From assembly GCA_964355955.1 (NCBI GenBank), contig CAYHFQ010000002.1, positions 2,338 to 66,337 on the forward strand: a stretch of 64,000 bases of DNA, written 5' to 3'. This DNA comes from an uncultured Gammaproteobacteria bacterium (lineage in GTDB: Bacteria > Patescibacteriota > Patescibacteriia > UBA9934). Below, piece by piece: positions 9,301 to 18,341 of the stretch (within the stretch, counting starts at the first letter, position 1; each line of letters begins with the position of its first letter). A model generated the notes under the pieces. The model was not told the DNA's origin. It made no database searches and saw nothing but the letters and a program-made list of their open reading frames with translations. Both the position numbers and the translations under genes were made by a program.

Positions 9301-12048
9301 TCGGGCCAAGTCTTAACGACGACGGACTCTAATGGGGGAGTCTTCGCCACTACTTACGACGCGCTTGATCGCCCTCTAACAACTTCTCAACCAGTTATCG
9401 GCAGCAGCGGCTCGGTCACTAGCAAGACTTTCAATTATGACGACTCGACCTTACCGACCATGGTCCACGAGACCGATGCTTATAATAGCTCGACTAATCG
9501 CGAGACCTACGTGTATTCGGACGGCCTAGGTCGCGTCATTCAGCAGCGTGTGGAAGCCGAGGGTACCAGCACGTTCGACATCACCGATACGCTCTATAAC
9601 GAACTCGGCCAGGTCGCTAGTACCACATTGCCTTACGCCTCAACTGGCTCGGCTTACACTACGCCGACCACAGACACGACGCTTTACCAAACTCTCGCTT
9701 ACGACGCCCTCGGCCGCGTCACTGCCTCAACCAACGTGGAAGGCACGTCGAGCAAGTCCTACGAAGATTGGGTCGTCACCGAAACCGATGCTCTCAGTAA
9801 CACCAAGAATTTTGCTTACGACGCTTACGGCAACTTGAGCGTGGTCGTCGAGCACAAGGGGGCTGTCAGCTATACCACAACTTACGTTTGGGACGCACTC
9901 GGTCGCCTGTACAGTTTGACGGATGCCGATGGCGCTGTGCGTGGTTTTAGCTATGACGGCTTGGGTCGACGTCTAACGGCGCAAGACCTACATGTCGCAA
10001 CAGATACCATGTTTGGCGTTTGGACCTACACTTACGACGCTGTAGGCAACCTAGCGATTTCCTATAGCCCGAACGGTATTACTACCACTTACATCTACGA
10101 CGTCCTCAATCGCGTAACCACCGAAGACGCCTCATCAGCCTCCGGCACAGAAATAACTTACACTTACGATAGTTGCACACTTGGCGTTGGTCGCCTCTGC
10201 CAAACCGTAGTCACCGGGGGAGCCACCACCGCTTACACTTACGATGCCCTCGGCCGCACTGCCACTGAAGCAAAAACTATTAGCAGCAACACCTACGCCA
10301 CCAGTTACACTTACGACTTGCAGGGCAATCAAGCCACTATCACCTATCCCGACGGCGCCATCACCACTTTTACTCTCGGCACCGCTGGTCGCGTCAGCCA
10401 AGTCGACTTCACGGACATCGTCAGTTCCGGCAACGCCACTCCAGCTAGCAGCGTGGTCTACGCCCCAAACGGCAAAATCAGCAGCTTCACTAACGGCAAC
10501 GGTGTCACCACCGCCTTCACCTACAACGCCGCTGACCTCTACCGCTTATCCAACCTAGTCAGTACGAGCGGCAGCAATAACATTCAGAATTTTGCTTACA
10601 CCTACGACGCAGCTGGCGACATCAGCCAAATCGCCGACACTTCCAGTCTCTACGCTGCGGACACTATTGCCTACACTTACGACGATCTCTACCGCTTAAC
10701 CGCCGCCACTGCCACCAGCACAGACTCAACACTCGCTTACAGCAAAACCTGGAGCTATGGTGCCACCGGCAACATCTTGGTTGGTGAAGGCCCCTCCCGC
10801 ACCTACGGCGGCACGGACACTGGCAACTACGCCAACCCGCACGCCGTCACGGCCATGGGTACGCGCACTCTCACCTACGACCACAACGGCAATACCACCA
10901 ACGAAGGCATTTGGACTAACACCTGGAACTGGCGGAACCAAATGACGCAGTCGGCAAGGAGTGGTCCCTCAGTCACAGTCACCTACACCTACGACGCCGA
11001 CGGCAACCGTGTCAGCCAAGTCAACGGCTCTCTCACCCTCGTCTACCCGAACGAATATTACTCCTACACCGGCACTACCCACGACCGCCAGATTCCACTC
11101 CCTGGCTACGGCATGGTCGCGACATCAAAGTACAAGGTCTCAACTTCAACATCGACGATCGCTTACCACCATCACGACCACTTGGGCGGTGAACACGTCG
11201 ACACCGACTCCACCGGAGCTACCCTCGAGTACACCATCTACTCGCCCTACGGCAGTATTCAGAAAACCTCTGGCACCTCGGGCTACCTCAACGTCAACAA
11301 ATTCACCGGCAAGCAAGTAGATAAGGACACCGGGTTCTACTACTACGGGGCAAGGTATTGCTCTGCGAATTATGGGCGTTTCCTCAGCGAGGATAATGTG
11401 TTTTTGGCAGTTGGCGACGACAACAGCCACTTACGAGATCCACAAGCACTGAACTCCTATTCGTACGCCAGGAACAACCCACTACGATTCGTCGATCCAG
11501 ATGGCAATTTCTTTAGTGGCTTTGGCGATATCGCCATTCTCGGTATCGACATAGGCTTCTTATTAAGCGATAATAAAGCAGGTGCTGGAATTGGCACAAT
11601 GGCAGCGGATGTGGGGTTCTTGGCTCTCGATACAATTAGCACCATTATTCCTGGTGTGCCTGCGGGTGCTGGAGTAGCAGCACATGGTATAACAGCCACA
11701 ACTAAAGCAGCTGAAGGAGTAATTAGAGCAGGCGAAGCCGCTCGGGTCACCAAAGCGACATTAAACGCAGAGAGGAAATCGGCAGTAAAGAATGCTTGGA
11801 AGGCAGAACGTGAAGCAGTGACTAAAACAGGTACAGGTACTCGACGCTGGAGCGAATCTCAAACTTCTGAATTATTAGGAAAAGGCAAGGTATCCGGCTA
11901 TGAAGGACATCATATTAACAGTGTGAACGGCAGCCCATTATTAGCTGGAATTGCCAATAATATTAAATTTCTGACACGGGATGAGCATTTAGCTGAGCAT
12001 GGTGGTAGTTGGCTTAATAAAACCGTTGGTAAATTACTTAATCGTTAA
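6346..12048 (+). CDS. Secreted SpvB/FG-GAP/YD-Rhs polymorphic toxin (TcB-TcC fused, teneurin-like) with C-terminal Tox-GHH nuclease
   Basis: Signal peptide MRILPSRW...SATFA; SpvB-like TGAFSYTYPITLPPGRNGLQPSLGLSYSS; six DxNGDGxxD repeats; RKFAGFG; YD repeats; Rhs core YYYGARY...YARNNPLRFVDPDG; tip AVKNAWKAE...GTRRWS...GYEGHHINSV...NNIKFL. Confidence 0.92.
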   Translation: MRILPSRWLFGLIGIIGLGLLALPSATFATVTDQDSSPFVVKNQIKLAPDMRTGAFSYTYPITLPPGRNGLQPSLGLSYSSSNSDNANLAGYGWLLNLPTIERIATHGTDDLYTSHDFTSSLSGDLEDISLTDATHGTYGAKVDDGSFLAYVYNSDESWTVTDKQGTIYTFAADTSAQIVSNTDTTHVFRWYLTEMRDTNDNFIAYTYSKDAGQVYPSSITYTGHGSTAGIFAVNFTLESRSDAVTSFATGFSVKTSYRISAINVTENSSTIRNYALAYIAGSNDIRSLLSTITETATDEATSSIITKPATTFDYSANTDSWTEDTSFGGLPEPIAGTSLGSLGIYFFDVNGDALPDMVKSKSTTRTVYINNGDNTWTEDTSITVPLQFANSLGKDTGVRVFDLNGDGEQDLISSHIDSSGNVASGIYLNNGDGTGWTEDTTLAVPIAFTNDGSGLDFGVRIIDADGDGMQDLVYSRDGMTTAVYINNGDGTGWTEDTGYVVPIQFVTSGLYDMGVRQLDVNGDGLLDLVKSRYTGSSSVIDEAVYINNGNGTGWSEDTNYSVPVAVILSNFADNGVRYLDVNRDGLTDIVYFRSYSGTDYKDVYINNGNGTGWTEDASYQAPLAYTINGFDVGVREEDINGDGLDDTIRSRDISTLQENLYLASPTFSDKLTTVTTSTGASTSVTYQPSITVGGDLSFPLSVVATETVDDGLGHTATTSYDFADGDYYYASEYDRKFAGFGMVTITDASGKVTKRYYHQGNATNSTQGESSDDVSKLWQMYREESYDDASHLFRTVIHSFTSVDLGYSRTFVYENQTLELRYDADSDHTDLATSYTYDTSTGNLTEKKEWGRVTGVDAGTFTDSASDTRITDYTYASFSTGLCGLVDDELVKNNAGSTVQETKYYYDSSSLGTATLGNLTTEAHWTAGSSFVNTAYTYDGYGLLATKTDALSNTTTFTPDSANLYTATQTNALSQATAYTYDYSSGQVLTTTDSNGGVFATTYDALDRPLTTSQPVIGSSGSVTSKTFNYDDSTLPTMVHETDAYNSSTNRETYVYSDGLGRVIQQRVEAEGTSTFDITDTLYNELGQVASTTLPYASTGSAYTTPTTDTTLYQTLAYDALGRVTASTNVEGTSSKSYEDWVVTETDALSNTKNFAYDAYGNLSVVVEHKGAVSYTTTYVWDALGRLYSLTDADGAVRGFSYDGLGRRLTAQDLHVATDTMFGVWTYTYDAVGNLAISYSPNGITTTYIYDVLNRVTTEDASSASGTEITYTYDSCTLGVGRLCQTVVTGGATTAYTYDALGRTATEAKTISSNTYATSYTYDLQGNQATITYPDGAITTFTLGTAGRVSQVDFTDIVSSGNATPASSVVYAPNGKISSFTNGNGVTTAFTYNAADLYRLSNLVSTSGSNNIQNFAYTYDAAGDISQIADTSSLYAADTIAYTYDDLYRLTAATATSTDSTLAYSKTWSYGATGNILVGEGPSRTYGGTDTGNYANPHAVTAMGTRTLTYDHNGNTTNEGIWTNTWNWRNQMTQSARSGPSVTVTYTYDADGNRVSQVNGSLTLVYPNEYYSYTGTTHDRQIPLPGYGMVATSKYKVSTSTSTIAYHHHDHLGGEHVDTDSTGATLEYTIYSPYGSIQKTSGTSGYLNVNKFTGKQVDKDTGFYYYGARYCSANYGRFLSEDNVFLAVGDDNSHLRDPQALNSYSYARNNPLRFVDPDGNFFSGFGDIAILGIDIGFLLSDNKAGAGIGTMAADVGFLALDTISTIIPGVPAGAGVAAHGITATTKAAEGVIRAGEAARVTKATLNAERKSAVKNAWKAEREAVTKTGTGTRRWSESQTSELLGKGKVSGYEGHHINSVNGSPLLAGIANNIKFLTRDEHLAEHGGSWLNKTVGKLLNR
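10823..11508 (+). repeat. 686-bp Rhs core copy 1 (homologous to 12710-13395)
   Basis: Both copies start GCAACTACGCCAACCCGCACGCCGTCAC and end at the DPDGN codons; same length; many synonymous differences. Confidence 0.92.
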
Positions 12049-12052
12049 TAGT

Positions 12053-12652
12053 ATGAATATTCAAGATACGATAATGCCAATTCTAAGAAAAGCTGAAACT
12101 TTAGGTACAGAAAAATTAGATGACGGAACTTTGTTAATTGGCAGAGTTCCGCATATCGCTCCTCTAGCCCGACTCCATATTGTACCGGGTGGTCTTAGAG
12201 AGGAGGGTATTGCTTTGTTGGAGGATCATATTAATAGGAAAATACCTAATAATTATAGAGATTTTTTGCGACAGACAAATGGACTTCACGTATATTCTGA
12301 TGCAATTAGCCTTGATGGATTACGGACTAATTATGCGCGTGACATCGCTGGAGCCTGGCAGCCATTTAGTCTTATTGAGCCTAATACTTATGAACGTCCA
12401 AGAGATGCTAAGGACTCTTATTTATTTATAGGTGGATATGGCTACGACGGATCCTCTCTATTCGTTGATTCCGATTCTGGTAAAGTTTATCGGTGTGCTC
12501 AAAAATATGCATCCGAAATTTTTAACGTCTGGCCTGACTTCTGGACAATGCTAACTTCTGAAGTTGAAAGATTAGATGGGTTGTTCGATGCTGAAGGAAA
12601 GAAGAAATATCCAGATCGGCCAACTACTCCAGAGCCAAATATAAATATATAG
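12053..12652 (+). CDS. SMI1/KNR4 (SUKH) immunity protein, cognate for the Tox-GHH tip
   Basis: IALLEDHINRKIPNNYRDFLRQTNG SUKH motif; starts 4 nt after toxin stop; AT-rich. Confidence 0.88.
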   Translation: MNIQDTIMPILRKAETLGTEKLDDGTLLIGRVPHIAPLARLHIVPGGLREEGIALLEDHINRKIPNNYRDFLRQTNGLHVYSDAISLDGLRTNYARDIAGAWQPFSLIEPNTYERPRDAKDSYLFIGGYGYDGSSLFVDSDSGKVYRCAQKYASEIFNVWPDFWTMLTSEVERLDGLFDAEGKKKYPDRPTTPEPNINI

Positions 12653-12709
12653 ATTGTTAATTTTATAAGTTTTTTTATAATTTAATACGGCATTAAATCA
12701 GCTCCTCCC

Positions 12710-13395
12710 GCAACTACGCCAACCCGCACGCCGTCACCACCATGGGTACCCGCACCTTCACCTACGATAATAACGGCAATACCACCAACGAAGGCGTCTG
12801 GACCAACACCTGGAACTGGCGTAACCAAATGACACAATCCACCCGTACCGGCCCCTCCGTCACTGTCACTTACGCCTACGACGCGGACGGCAATCGTGTC
12901 AGCCAAATCAACGGCAGCCTCACCCTCATCTACCCGAACGAATACTACTCCTACACCGGCACCACCCACGATCGTCAGATCCCATTACCTGGTTACGGCA
13001 TGGTCGCGACTTCAAAATACAAAGTTAGCACTTCAACCTCCACCATCGCCTATCACCACCATGATCACTTGGGCGGCGAACACGTCGACACCGACTCCTC
13101 CGGCGCCACCCTCGAGTACACCATCTACTCACCGTACGGCAGTATTCAGAAGACGAGTGGAACAACCGGCTATGTTAACTCGAACAAATTCACTGGCAAG
13201 CAAGTAGACAAGGATACTGGGTTCTATTACTACGGAGCACGTTACTATTCTGCGAATTTTGGTAGGTTCCTAAGCCAAGATAACGTCTTCCTCGCCATCG
13301 GTGTAGATAACGGCATATTAAAAGACTCGCAGGCACTAAATTCCTACTCATACGCCAGGAACAACCCACTACGATTCGTCGATCCAGACGGTAAC
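12710..13395 (+). repeat. 686-bp Rhs core copy 2 (orphan cassette homology arm)
   Basis: Near-identical protein to the main toxin's final core region. Confidence 0.92.
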
Positions 13396-13980
13396 TCATT
13401 CTGGGATTTCGTAAATCGTGCTGGTAATAGTTTCGGTCGAATTGCTGACTCGATGATCAGAGCCAATAACAGAGTAATTGCTCCAGCAACCAACAGCGCT
13501 TATAATTTCATCACCCTTGGAGCAGGCGACGCCGCTTCTAACATGGGGCGTAACGGGGTAACTGTCGGTGGGTTAGCTCATGTGGGTTATGGGGTTGTGT
13601 ATGGAACTGTCACTACGGCTCTCGCTGCGCTAGATATCGGTGCTGCAGCTGGAGGAGCGGCTGTGAATTTTGGAGTTATGAGCGGTAGAGGCGGTGGTCA
13701 GAATTTGGGAAACGCTTCGGGTAAGTCTGTTAACGGCAGAACAACAATACCTTCTCATTGGACGGTTGAAGAATCTAAGCGTGGGGGAGGGTATATTTAT
13801 ACAAATCCAAACGACACAAGAGAAAATATTAGGCTAATGCCGGGAAACAAAAGCAGTCCCCACACGGTGAGTCAGGCTCCATATATGAGACATCAAGTAA
13901 ACGGAGGCTATCTAGATTCATCTAAAAGAATTAATTCAGATAACGCAGCTACGCACTTTCCAATTAAAACAATCAAATAA
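12742..13980 (+). CDS. Orphan Rhs-CT module with an alternative toxin tip (probable RNase, RLMPGN...PY...THFP type)
   Basis: No signal or SpvB region; Rhs core to DPDGN then unrelated C-terminus NIRLMPGNKSSPHTVSQAPYMRHQVNG...ATHFPI; activity is inferred. Confidence 0.85.
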   Translation: MGTRTFTYDNNGNTTNEGVWTNTWNWRNQMTQSTRTGPSVTVTYAYDADGNRVSQINGSLTLIYPNEYYSYTGTTHDRQIPLPGYGMVATSKYKVSTSTSTIAYHHHDHLGGEHVDTDSSGATLEYTIYSPYGSIQKTSGTTGYVNSNKFTGKQVDKDTGFYYYGARYYSANFGRFLSQDNVFLAIGVDNGILKDSQALNSYSYARNNPLRFVDPDGNSFWDFVNRAGNSFGRIADSMIRANNRVIAPATNSAYNFITLGAGDAASNMGRNGVTVGGLAHVGYGVVYGTVTTALAALDIGAAAGGAAVNFGVMSGRGGGQNLGNASGKSVNGRTTIPSHWTVEESKRGGGYIYTNPNDTRENIRLMPGNKSSPHTVSQAPYMRHQVNGGYLDSSKRINSDNAATHFPIKTIK

Positions 13981-13982
13981 TT

Positions 13983-14348
13983 ATGAACTATATCAGAAAG
14001 CACATTTTCAATTTACTTAATCAGTACCAAGATCTCGCAATGCAACATAAAGAGTGGACCGAAAATTTAACCACTTCATATATAACACCAACGGAATTTA
14101 TCGCCGAATGGTTTGATGATATATTCAACCATGGAGCCGATGAGCTAATTAAGGCGGGTGAGATAAGTATTGAAGAGTGGGAAATTATAGAACCGTTCCA
14201 TGCGTCATTTCGTGCATTCGCAGATGAATACTATAAAAACGAAAATTCAATTCCAGCAGACATGACGACTTATGAGCCTTGGGTAGTAATTGCCAAGACA
14301 GCAGCAGAGACAGTCGAGAAGTTGGAAGATCTGGGTTGGAAGCTATGA
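13983..14348 (+). CDS. Probable cognate immunity protein for the orphan tip
   Basis: Acidic 121-aa ORF 2 nt after orphan stop; AT-rich; positional call. Confidence 0.7.
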   Translation: MNYIRKHIFNLLNQYQDLAMQHKEWTENLTTSYITPTEFIAEWFDDIFNHGADELIKAGEISIEEWEIIEPFHASFRAFADEYYKNENSIPADMTTYEPWVVIAKTAAETVEKLEDLGWKL

Positions 14349-14686
14349 TAAACAATAAAGAACAATTAGAAATTTGTGAGAAATATCAACTACCTTAAGT
14401 GGAATCAGCTGAGAATCTAAAAATCGGTATTTCACAAAACGTACGAGAAAGATTGTTATCAATTAATGGTCTTCGTCATAAACAGGAGGGAGATACGACT
14501 GGGTGGTATATCTGGACTGGTGAAGAGTGGACGGAAGATTCCGCATTCCTTGTTCCTGTTCACGTTAAACATATAAATGAATGGAACCCTTTAATCGGCA
14601 AATATCTTGGGCTTCCTCCTGGGACAAGATTCCTTATTACTTCGGAATATGAGGACGTATGGCAAGATCCGTCACTACTAAACTAA
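14345..14686 (+). pseudogene. Imm33-like immunity gene with in-frame TAA at 14396-14398 (possible restart at GTG 14399)
   Basis: ATG 14345 overlaps upstream stop (ATGA); MINNKEQLEICEKYQLP*VESAENLKIGIS...INGLRH...TTGWYIWTGE...YLGLPPG.RFL in one frame. Confidence 0.72.
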
Positions 14687-14693
14687 CTTAACT

Positions 14694-15122
14694 ATGAAAA
14701 TTATAAACAAATTAAAACAATGGTGGATGAATCATCAGATAAATATTATGAAGTACACTTGTCCATGTTGTGGGTATATGACTTTCGATGAGGCTCTTGG
14801 TTCAGATGAAATTTGTGATATTTGTTCATGGCACGATGACCTGGTCTCTTATAACCATCCTGACAGGGCTATCGGACCTAACAAAGTCACATTGATACAG
14901 GCACAGGTAAACTATCTTGAATTCGGCATAAGCAATCCTAGCCTAAAAAAATCAAGAGTAAATATCACTAACTACCCAAAGGATAGTTTATGGCGTTTAA
15001 TTGATTTGACTATCGACAAAAATCTTATGAATGGTGGCGGTGAGAGATTTTGGGACCTCTTAATTAAAGAAGTTGGCGAACCCCTACCTAAGTATTACTG
15101 GCTTAGTAATAATGGGAGTTAA
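14694..15122 (+). CDS. CPCC cysteine-rich family protein (true start may be 14748)
   Basis: YTCPCCGY.T...EICDICSWHDD...GPNKVTLIQAQ. Confidence 0.85.
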   Translation: MKIINKLKQWWMNHQINIMKYTCPCCGYMTFDEALGSDEICDICSWHDDLVSYNHPDRAIGPNKVTLIQAQVNYLEFGISNPSLKKSRVNITNYPKDSLWRLIDLTIDKNLMNGGGERFWDLLIKEVGEPLPKYYWLSNNGS

Positions 15123-15131
15123 AAAAGTAAT

Positions 15132-15737
15132 ATGGTTAAAAAATCTGTCGAGTCCAGTCTAACCGCTGACAACGAATGCGCAATCTGCCAAACGGGGAGT
15201 ACTGTTGAAAAGTTCGTTGCTCCAGGCATGAAAAGCCAATTAAGTACTAAGCTTTGTTTAGAGTGCAAAGAAAAAGTCAATCAACATTTTTTAGCCGAAA
15301 CACAGGACTCAAATATCGTCAGAGCTATAACCTGGGGAGTTCTTGCGGCTGCAGTTGGTAGTGCTGTTTGGTACTTTGTAGCCATCTGGACGGGTTTAGA
15401 AATAGGCTATCTCGCTATTGGCTTAGGACTTTGGATCGGTTTAGCGGTTCATTTCGGATCGGGTAAAAAGAAGGGCCGTCGATTACAAATAATCAGTTTA
15501 ATTCTGACTTTCTTAGCTATTATAATTGCGAAGAAACTAATCTTTGATTATTATCTCAACGATTATCTTCAGGGTCATTTGGCAGATTTTCAGGATTTTG
15601 TAGTCGGTCAAAAGGTGAGTGTATCATTTTTTGCGGTTGAATTTTGGCAAAGTGTCGCGTCCATCAAGGGTCTACTAATTAGTCTGCTCGGACTTGTTGT
15701 GGCCTTTGTCATTTGCGCACCAAGAAAACTTAAATAA
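15132..15737 (+). CDS. Membrane protein with N-terminal CxxC...CxxC zinc-binding motif
   Basis: CAIC, CLEC, then 4 TM segments. Confidence 0.7.
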   Translation: MVKKSVESSLTADNECAICQTGSTVEKFVAPGMKSQLSTKLCLECKEKVNQHFLAETQDSNIVRAITWGVLAAAVGSAVWYFVAIWTGLEIGYLAIGLGLWIGLAVHFGSGKKKGRRLQIISLILTFLAIIIAKKLIFDYYLNDYLQGHLADFQDFVVGQKVSVSFFAVEFWQSVASIKGLLISLLGLVVAFVICAPRKLK

Positions 15738-15744
15738 TAGTAGC

Positions 15745-15772
15745 TTGACTCCCTCACCTCATCTGCTATCAT
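15745..15772 (+). promoter_or_regulatory. Putative sigma70 promoter of greA
   Basis: TTGACT-N16-TATCAT with TG extended -10. Confidence 0.5.
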
Positions 15773-15849
15773 AGAACTATCAAACAAATCCGTTCCGCTT
15801 TTAGCGGAGCGGCTTTCGTTCTACCAAGAGAAATAGTTAAAACAGCAGT

Positions 15850-16314
15850 ATGTCCAATCCCAACGTTTGTTACATTTCAGCTAGCGGCCTCGTCGACATG
15901 AAGGCTGAGTTGATTGATCGTATTAAAAATATTCGCCCAATTATTGCCGGTAAGATTGGTGATGCTAAGGAACTTGGTGATATCTCGGAAAATTTTGAAT
16001 ATCACGACGCTAAAGAACAGCAAGCCCAAAACGAAATGCGCATTGTCGACTTGACGCACATGATTTCCACGGCCGTGATTGTGGACAATAAGGTGGGCGG
16101 TATGGTCGGCTTGGGCTCTAAGTTCACCGTCAAAGCGGGTGCCGTCGAGAAGACTTACCAATTGGTCGGCGAGAGCGAGGCCAACCCCATGGAAGCCAAA
16201 ATCAGCAATGTTTCGCCACTCGGCGCTGCCTTCATGAACAAGGCACTCGGCGAGAAAGTGAGCGTGACCACCCCGGGCGGCGAAGTCACTTACGAGATAA
16301 TCGCTATCGCTTAG
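15850..16314 (+). CDS. greA: Transcription elongation factor GreA
   Basis: AKELGDISENFEYHDAKEQQ, ISNVSPLGAA. Confidence 0.95.
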   Translation: MSNPNVCYISASGLVDMKAELIDRIKNIRPIIAGKIGDAKELGDISENFEYHDAKEQQAQNEMRIVDLTHMISTAVIVDNKVGGMVGLGSKFTVKAGAVEKTYQLVGESEANPMEAKISNVSPLGAAFMNKALGEKVSVTTPGGEVTYEIIAIA

Positions 16315-16331
16315 CCACAAATCTCGGCTTT

Positions 16332-16376
16332 ACAGAAGCACTTCTTTCCCGTAAAATTGGGCGAGAAGTGCTTTTG
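16332..16376 (+). terminator. Hairpin/terminator after greA
   Basis: AGAAGCACTTCT...AGAAGTGCTTTT inverted repeat ending in a T tract. Confidence 0.55.
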
Positions 16377-16395
16377 TATAGCTAGCGTTTTGCTT

Positions 16396-17916
16396 ATGTC
16401 TGGAGATGCCAAATTAGGAAATGAAGGATTAATGCGTCGAGACCGTTTGGCTAGCTTGCGTGAGCAGGGGATTGAGCCATATCCCGCCGAACTCGAGCGG
16501 ACTCATGTTATTGCCGACGTGGTCGGTCAGTTTGCGGAGCTTGAAGCCGCTGGCGCCTCAGTCACCATCGTCGGCCGTGTTAAGGCCTTGCGTCAAATGG
16601 GTGGCCTCACGTTTATTCGCCTCGTCGACGGCACGGGGGACATGCAGGTGGTCCTCAAAGAAGATCAAGTTGGTGCCGAACAATATCAACTCTTTATCAA
16701 TCACGCCGACGTGGGCGACTTCTTCGGTTTTACTGGCGGCATGTACGTCACCCAAAAAGGCGAACGCTCCGTGCTCGCCGGCAACTTTACCATTCTCGCT
16801 AAAGCACTCTCACCTTTGCCAGACAAGTGGAGCGGTTTGCAAGACGTTGAATTGCGCTATCGCCACCGCGAGCTCGATCTCATTAGCAATCCGGAAGTGC
16901 GTAAGCGTTTTGAGACTCGGAGTAAAATCGTTTCCACCATGCGTCGTTTCCTTGACGAGCGTGGCTTCATGGAAGTCGAAACACCTATTTTGCAACCAAT
17001 CCCCGGCGGCGCCAGTGCTCGTCCCTTCATTACTCACCACAACGCACTCGACGCTGATCTCTATTTACGCATCGCGCCTGAACTTTACCTCAAGCGTCTC
17101 GTTGTCGGCGGCTTCGAAAAGATTTACGAAATTGGCCGCTGCTTCCGCAACGAAGGCATCGACTACGCCCACAATCCAGAATTCACCATGATGGAGCTCT
17201 ACTGGGCCTACGCTGACAAAAACTCTTTCGTCGCCATGCTCGAAGAGCTCGTGGTCACCATTGTTAACGCCAGTTTTGGCGGCCTAGTCGTTCCATACGG
17301 CGAGGGCAGTATTGACTTCACCGCACCATGGAAGAAAGTCACTTTCCGTCAAGCCATCATCGACGCTTGCGGCATCGATATCGACACTATTCACTCGTCG
17401 GCCGAATTATTCGTCGCCATCAAAGCTGCTAAACTAAAAATCGACTTCAAAGGCTGCGTTGGCATGGGCGAGTTCTACGATCAGCTCTACAAGAAAACGG
17501 CTCGCGCCGCTATTACTCAGCCAACCTGGGTTTTTGACTATCCAATCGAACTCAAGCCATTAGCTAAAGCCAATCCAGCCGATCCAACCAAGAGTTCATC
17601 TGTTCAGTTGGTCGTGCAAGGCGCGGAAATTATCAACGCTTACTATTACGAACTCAACGACCCACTCGACCAGCGTGCCCGCTTTGAAGAACAACAGTCA
17701 CTCCGCGAACAGGGCAGTGAGGAAGCTCAGTGGATGGACGAGGACTTCCTGTCAGCCCTGGAACACGCCATGCCACCTACCTCTGGCGTCGGCATCGGTA
17801 TTGACCGCTTGGTCGCCTTCTTAACCAACTCACCAAGCCTTAAAGAAGTCATTCTTTTTCCAACCTTGAAACCAATCCAGCCAGCAGTCGTAAAAAATGA
17901 CGAGGCGGCCGTATGA
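16396..17916 (+). CDS. lysS: Lysyl-tRNA synthetase (class II)
   Basis: YLRIAPELYLKRL, FRNEGID..HNPEFT, GIGIDRL. Confidence 0.97.
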   Translation: MSGDAKLGNEGLMRRDRLASLREQGIEPYPAELERTHVIADVVGQFAELEAAGASVTIVGRVKALRQMGGLTFIRLVDGTGDMQVVLKEDQVGAEQYQLFINHADVGDFFGFTGGMYVTQKGERSVLAGNFTILAKALSPLPDKWSGLQDVELRYRHRELDLISNPEVRKRFETRSKIVSTMRRFLDERGFMEVETPILQPIPGGASARPFITHHNALDADLYLRIAPELYLKRLVVGGFEKIYEIGRCFRNEGIDYAHNPEFTMMELYWAYADKNSFVAMLEELVVTIVNASFGGLVVPYGEGSIDFTAPWKKVTFRQAIIDACGIDIDTIHSSAELFVAIKAAKLKIDFKGCVGMGEFYDQLYKKTARAAITQPTWVFDYPIELKPLAKANPADPTKSSSVQLVVQGAEIINAYYYELNDPLDQRARFEEQQSLREQGSEEAQWMDEDFLSALEHAMPPTSGVGIGIDRLVAFLTNSPSLKEVILFPTLKPIQPAVVKNDEAAV

Positions 17917-18341
17917 AAAAAGTAATGGTCTTCGGCTCGTTCGACGTGCTGCACGAGGGTCACCACCACTTCCTAAAAGACGCTAAGGCGCTAGGTGACT
18001 ATCTAGTAGTCGCTCTAGCCTCGGACGCCAGCATCCGTTTCCTCAAAGAACATGAACCCAAGACTAGCTTCGACGTCAGAGCGGCGGCCTTAAGCCTCAG
18101 TGAATACGTCGACGAAGTAGTGGCAGGGGACGAGCTAGACGACGATGGGAATGACGCTTTCGGCACCTGGCAAGTAATAGACAAATTAAAACCAGACATC
18201 ATCGCCTGCGGTTACGACCAGCAGGCTATAAACGAACTTCTCACGCAACGTTTTGCGACACTAGATTCTCCGCAGATTGTTAGTCTGCCACCGTTTGAAC
18301 CAACAATTTACAAATCCTCACTGCTCAATTCCCTTATATGA
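17913..18341 (+). CDS. HxGH cytidylyltransferase-family protein (RibL/FAD synthase-like)
   Basis: FGSFDVLHEGH, KPDIIACGYDQ, YKSS. Confidence 0.85.
   Translation: MKKVMVFGSFDVLHEGHHHFLKDAKALGDYLVVALASDASIRFLKEHEPKTSFDVRAAALSLSEYVDEVVAGDELDDDGNDAFGTWQVIDKLKPDIIACGYDQQAINELLTQRFATLDSPQIVSLPPFEPTIYKSSLLNSLI

Noticed and set aside
10823-13395. Diversity-generating retroelement TR/VR pair
   Set aside because: Differences are mostly synonymous, not adenine-specific, and no reverse transcriptase is in the window
14396-14398. Stop-codon reassignment
   Set aside because: Isolated TAA; TAA, TAG and TGA all terminate conserved genes normally
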